From an uncultured Candidatus Rokubacteria bacterium (GTDB lineage: Bacteria; Methylomirabilota; Methylomirabilia; Rokubacteriales; DASRDR01): a DNA stretch of 64,000 bases. This document shows, in pieces, positions 60,197 through 64,000 of the stretch. Position numbers and translations under genes: made by a program. Within the stretch, counting starts at the first letter, position 1, and each line of letters starts with the position of its first letter. The notes below the pieces were generated by a model. The model saw only the letters and a program-made list of their open reading frames with translations. It did not search any database and had not been told where the DNA came from. Location: positions 32,001 to 96,000 of the forward strand of contig CAVPSB010000019.1 in the NCBI GenBank assembly GCA_963708025.1, read 5' to 3'.

Positions 60197-61003
60197 GTGG
60201 CCCTTCTCGAGGTCGACGGCGTCGCCAAGCGCTTCGGCGGGGTCCAGGCGCTCGGCGGCGTGACCCTGGACGTCGACGCCGGGAGGATCGTCGGGCTCAT
60301 CGGCCCCAACGGGGCGGGGAAGACCACCCTCTTCCACGTCATCTCCGGCGTGCTCCGCCCCGATCGCGGTCGCGTCGTGTTCGGCGGGCAGGAGGTGAGC
60401 GGCCTCCCGCCCCACGCCGTCTGCCACGCGGGGATCGCCCGCACGTTCCAGCTCGTCCAGCCATTCGCCCGCCTGTCGGTGCTGGAGAACGTCGCGGCCG
60501 GCTGTCTCTTCGGCCGGCGCGGGGTGGCGGCGCGGCTCAGCCGGCGCCAGGCCGAGGCCCGGGCGCGGGACTTCCTGGACTACGGCAAGCTCGGCGCCAA
60601 GGCCGACCGGCCGGCCGGCACGCTCACCCTCTCCGAGCGGAAGCGCCTGGAGATGGTGCGGGCCCTCGCCACGGGGCCGGACCTCCTGCTCCTGGACGAG
60701 GTCCTGGCCGGCCTCAACCCGCAGGAGACCGAGGAGATGACCGGGATCGTCCGCCAGCTCCGGCGGGACCTCGGCCTCGCGATCCTCCTCATCGAGCACA
60801 ACGTGCGGGCTGTCATGGCGCTCTGCGAGACCCTGGTCGTCCTCGACTACGGCACCGTGATCGCCCGCGGCGAGCCCGCCGCGGTGGCGCGCGATCCGGC
60901 CGTCATCGCCGCCTACCTCGGTGATCGCCGGACTCCTCCTTCGTCCTCTCCGCCACCGGGTCCTTCCGCTCCCTCTCCCCCCTCGGGGGAGAGGGCAGGG
61001 TGA
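60197..61003 (+). CDS. livG: Liv-type ABC ATP-binding protein
   Basis: GPNGAGKT, ARTFQLV, LDEVLAGLN. Confidence 0.92.
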   Translation: MALLEVDGVAKRFGGVQALGGVTLDVDAGRIVGLIGPNGAGKTTLFHVISGVLRPDRGRVVFGGQEVSGLPPHAVCHAGIARTFQLVQPFARLSVLENVAAGCLFGRRGVAARLSRRQAEARARDFLDYGKLGAKADRPAGTLTLSERKRLEMVRALATGPDLLLLDEVLAGLNPQETEEMTGIVRQLRRDLGLAILLIEHNVRAVMALCETLVVLDYGTVIARGEPAAVARDPAVIAAYLGDRRTPPSSSPPPGPSAPSPPSGERAG

Positions 61004-61008
61004 GGGGG
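60971..61008 (+). repeat. Repeat family C copy containing the livG stop codon
   Basis: CCCTCTCCCCCCTCGGGGGAGAGGGCAGGGTGAGGGGG. Confidence 0.7.
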
Positions 61009-61021
61009 TCCCGGCGGGGCA

Positions 61022-61741
61022 ATGCTCGAGGTCCGCGACCTGACGGTCGCCTACGGCGACCTGCGCGTCCTCTGGGGCATCGGCTTCACGGTCGGCGCGG
61101 GCGAGCTGGTGGTGCTCATCGGTCCCAACGGCGCCGGGAAGAGCACGGCGCTCAAGGCGATCGCCGGGCTCATCCCGGTGGAGGCGGGCGAGGTGACCCT
61201 GGAGGGCCGGAGCCTCCTCGGCGAGCCGCCCCACACCCGGATCCGGCGAGGGCTCTCCCTCGTTCCCGAGGGACGCGGCCTGTTCCCCGCCATGACCGTC
61301 GAGGAGAACCTCGAGCTGGGCGGCTTCGCGGTGCCCCCGCCCGGAGGCCTGCGGCCGGCCCTGGAGCGGATCTACGCCCTGTTCCCCATCCTGGCGGCGC
61401 GCCGGCGCCAGCTCGCGGGCACGCTCTCCGGCGGCGAGCAGCAGATGCTGGCGATCGGCACCGGGCTCATCGCGCGGCCCCGGCTCCTGGTGCTCGACGA
61501 GCCCTCTCTCGGGCTCGCGCCCCTCGTCGTGGACCAGCTCTACGACGCCGTCAGCCGGCTCAAGCGGGACGGCCTGACGATCCTCCTCGTGGAGCAGCAG
61601 GTCTTCCTGGCCCTCGGGCTGGCCGACCGCGCCTACGTTCTGGAGACCGGCCGCATCCGCCAGGAGGGGACGGGGGCCGCCCTGCTGGCTGATGCCCACG
61701 TCCAGGAGGCATATCTCGGGGTGGCGCCCGGGCTCGGATGA
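61022..61741 (+). CDS. livF: Liv-type ABC ATP-binding protein
   Basis: VPEGRGLF, LSGGEQQMLAIG, DEPSLGLAP. Confidence 0.93.
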   Translation: MLEVRDLTVAYGDLRVLWGIGFTVGAGELVVLIGPNGAGKSTALKAIAGLIPVEAGEVTLEGRSLLGEPPHTRIRRGLSLVPEGRGLFPAMTVEENLELGGFAVPPPGGLRPALERIYALFPILAARRRQLAGTLSGGEQQMLAIGTGLIARPRLLVLDEPSLGLAPLVVDQLYDAVSRLKRDGLTILLVEQQVFLALGLADRAYVLETGRIRQEGTGAALLADAHVQEAYLGVAPGLG

Positions 61742-62631
61742 CGACGCAGACGCTGCTGGATCTGCTGCTGGGCGGCGTCTCCCTGGGCGGCATCTACGCC
61801 CTCGTCGCGTTCGCCCTCTCGCTCTCGCTGGCCACGACCCACGTCCTGAACGTCGCCCACGGCACCTTCATGGTACTGGGGGCCGCGCTGGCGACGCTCG
61901 TCTTCCGCGTGGTCCCGCTTGCCTGGCCCCTGGCGATCCTGACCCTGCTGGTCGGCTTCGCCCTGCTCGGGCTCGCGTTCGAGGCCGCCTTCGTCCGCCC
62001 GTTCGCCGGCCGGTCCCCGGATCAGATCCTGGTGGGCTCCATCCTGGTGACGTTCGGCTTCGCGCTTGCCGTCGAGGCGCTGCTCGGCTACTACTGGGCC
62101 CGCCTCGTGGAGCCCCAGCCGTCCTTCTCGCTGACGTTCCCGCTGGCCCGCGTGAGCTTCCTCGGCGTCGCCGTCTCGGGCACGCGCCTCACGATCCTGG
62201 CGGCGGCGGCCGTGGCCATCGCGGCCTTCCACCTCTTCCTCCGCCGCACGCCGCTGGGCCGGGCGGTGCGGGCCCTCGCCCAGAACTACACGGGGGCGGT
62301 GATCCTCGGCGTGAATCCCCGCGTGGTGTCCCTGACCATCTACCTCTGCGGCATCGTGGCGACCGCCGCCGCCGGCGTGCTCCTGTCCCTCGCCATCCCC
62401 CTCGAGCCGTACTCGGGACTCCGCCTCACCCTGGTGGCCATGACGATCGTCGTGATCGGAGGCGTGGGGAGCCTGCCCGGCGCGCTCGTCGGCGGGGGCC
62501 TCCTCGGCATGGCCGAGGTCGTCACCGCCTACGTGCTGGGCTCGGTGTGGGCGCCGGTGGTGTCGCTCCTCGTCTTTTTCTCGGTCCTGGTGGTTCGCCC
62601 GGAGGGGTTGTGGGGCCGCCGGGCAAGTTGA
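61738..62631 (+). CDS. livH: Liv-type ABC permease
   Basis: GGIYALVA, LNVAHG, VIGGVGSLPGA, RPEGLWG. Confidence 0.9.
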   Translation: MTTQTLLDLLLGGVSLGGIYALVAFALSLSLATTHVLNVAHGTFMVLGAALATLVFRVVPLAWPLAILTLLVGFALLGLAFEAAFVRPFAGRSPDQILVGSILVTFGFALAVEALLGYYWARLVEPQPSFSLTFPLARVSFLGVAVSGTRLTILAAAAVAIAAFHLFLRRTPLGRAVRALAQNYTGAVILGVNPRVVSLTIYLCGIVATAAAGVLLSLAIPLEPYSGLRLTLVAMTIVVIGGVGSLPGALVGGGLLGMAEVVTAYVLGSVWAPVVSLLVFFSVLVVRPEGLWGRRAS

Positions 62632-63569
62632 CGTCGGTTCTTGGCGCCCTCGCGCTGGCGGTGGCGCTCCTGATCCCGGTGCTCGGGACCCGGGACCTCG
62701 TCACCGCGACCTTTTTCACCTTCCTCTACGTCATTTTGGCGCTCAACTACGACATCCTGGGCGGCTTCCTCGGCTACATGAGCCTGGGCCAGGGAGCCTT
62801 CTTCGGGCTGGCGGCTTACGCGACGGTGCTCCTGCTCAACAGCGGGCGCCTCGACCCTCTCGGCCGTGCGGACATGCCGGTCGCCGTCCTGCTCGCGACC
62901 GCCCTCACCGCCGTGGTGGCGCTCGGCTTCGCCTATCCATTGTTCCGGCTGAGCGGCGCCTACTTCGCGATGGCCACCTTCGCGATGGTCCTCCTCATCC
63001 GGCAGTTCATCCTGAACCTCCCGGAGGTTACGGGCGGCTCCTACGGCGTCTACGTGAACCCCCGTCACTACCTGGCGCTGCCGGTGGCCTACGGCCTGGC
63101 CCTCGGGCTCCTGCTGGCCTCGATCGCCCTCAACCGCGCCATCGCGCGGAGCCGGATCGGCCTGGCGGTGACCGCCATCCGGGACAGCGAGCTGGCGGCG
63201 TCCACGATCGGGCTCGACGTCTTCCGGGTGAAGCGGCGGATGCTGGTCCTGAGCGCGGTGCCATCGGCGCTCGCCGGCGGGGTCTTCGGCCTCCAGGCCG
63301 GGTACATCGACGTGGACGCGGCCCTCGGGGTGGACAAGACGCTCCTGCCCGTGATCATGGCGCTCATGGGTGGGAGCGGGCGGGTAGCCGGGCCGCTGGT
63401 GGGCGGGCTCCTGGTGCGCGCGATCGACGTGCTCCTCAAGAACTACCTGCACCTGACGGTGCCCGCGCTGGCGGTCTACGGCCTCATCCTGCTCGGGATC
63501 GGGCTCCTGATGCCGGAGGGGATCCTGAACTACGCGGGGCGGCGGCGCCCGGCCGCCCGCCCCGTCTGA
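62628..63569 (+). CDS. livM: Liv-type ABC permease
   Basis: TTG start; GYMSLGQGAFFGL, RLSGAYFAMAT, MPEGI. Confidence 0.88.
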   Translation: MTSVLGALALAVALLIPVLGTRDLVTATFFTFLYVILALNYDILGGFLGYMSLGQGAFFGLAAYATVLLLNSGRLDPLGRADMPVAVLLATALTAVVALGFAYPLFRLSGAYFAMATFAMVLLIRQFILNLPEVTGGSYGVYVNPRHYLALPVAYGLALGLLLASIALNRAIARSRIGLAVTAIRDSELAASTIGLDVFRVKRRMLVLSAVPSALAGGVFGLQAGYIDVDAALGVDKTLLPVIMALMGGSGRVAGPLVGGLLVRAIDVLLKNYLHLTVPALAVYGLILLGIGLLMPEGILNYAGRRRPAARPV

Positions 63570-63625
63570 CCGCTACGCACCCAATCGCGTCAGCGGAAGA
63601 TCCCGGATTCTTCAGCGCCGCACTT

Positions 63626-63844
63626 GTGATGCAGGGTGTTCGCGTTTTGATCTCCATAGGTCGGCCGTGGGAGCTTTCGTTCAACATCAAGGATGGCGAC
63701 TCTTTGTTTCTCGCAGCTGAAAGCGAAGGCGAGGCGGCCTCGCTGAAGTGCGAAATTCTGCTCGATGGTGCCAGCGTCACCGCTTCAGAGCCTGGCGGAT
63801 CGGGGTCGGGTGTCGTCTGTACCGCCATTGCTAGCCGTGACTGA
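63626..63844 (+). CDS. Small hypothetical protein or fragment, possibly an MmpS-like C-terminal domain
   Basis: PWELSF...GDSLFLAA...LKCEILLDG...VVC; visibly lower GC. Confidence 0.35.
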   Translation: MMQGVRVLISIGRPWELSFNIKDGDSLFLAAESEGEAASLKCEILLDGASVTASEPGGSGSGVVCTAIASRD

Positions 63845-63893
63845 TCGCCAGCAGCACGAGAAGGCAGCGCAGATCGACGCGTACGACGGCCGG

Positions 63894-64000
63894 CTAGGGT
63901 GATTCCCCCGTCAGGGCGCAGAGCTCGAGCTGGTGGCCGTCGGGATCCGTGAAGTACACGGACCTCGCGGGCATCCAGGCGTGGACGTGGGGTCCGGTGA
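63894..64000 (-). CDS. VOC/glyoxalase family protein, 3' end only
   Basis: HAWMPARSVYFTDPDGHQLELCAL. Confidence 0.75.
   Translation of the reverse strand, partial: TGPHVHAWMPARSVYFTDPDGHQLELCALTGESP

Overview
High-GC, almost gene-only bacterial DNA. Gene style and intergenic repeats resemble Candidatus Rokubacteria (Methylomirabilota), which is an inference and was not searched. The backbone is organic-substrate uptake and catabolism: two Liv-type ABC operons, a TAXI-TRAP system with amidohydrolases, an Fe3+/polyamine-type ABC operon, a Dpp/Ddp operon, LLM oxidoreductases, SDRs and a gentisate dioxygenase/FAH/DoxX cluster. Two decayed accessory zones (about 15.8-23.4 kb and 39.4-55 kb) hold gene fragments, IS91 remnants, toxin-antitoxin loci, class III nucleotide cyclases and a DUF222/HNH gene. 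Clustered single-base frameshifts suggest long-read consensus errors. No rRNA, tRNA or CRISPR array was seen. Best non-checklist signals: (1) an exact 34-bp copy of an internal segment of a cyclase gene in the adjacent hairpin-rich intergenic region, directly after a stem-loop; (2) a 131-bp MITE with a 9-bp target duplication; (3) three dispersed repeat families that abut or supply stop codons, one with a G-quadruplex motif and a Shine-Dalgarno sequence; (4) an unannotated 50-aa Cys4 microprotein.
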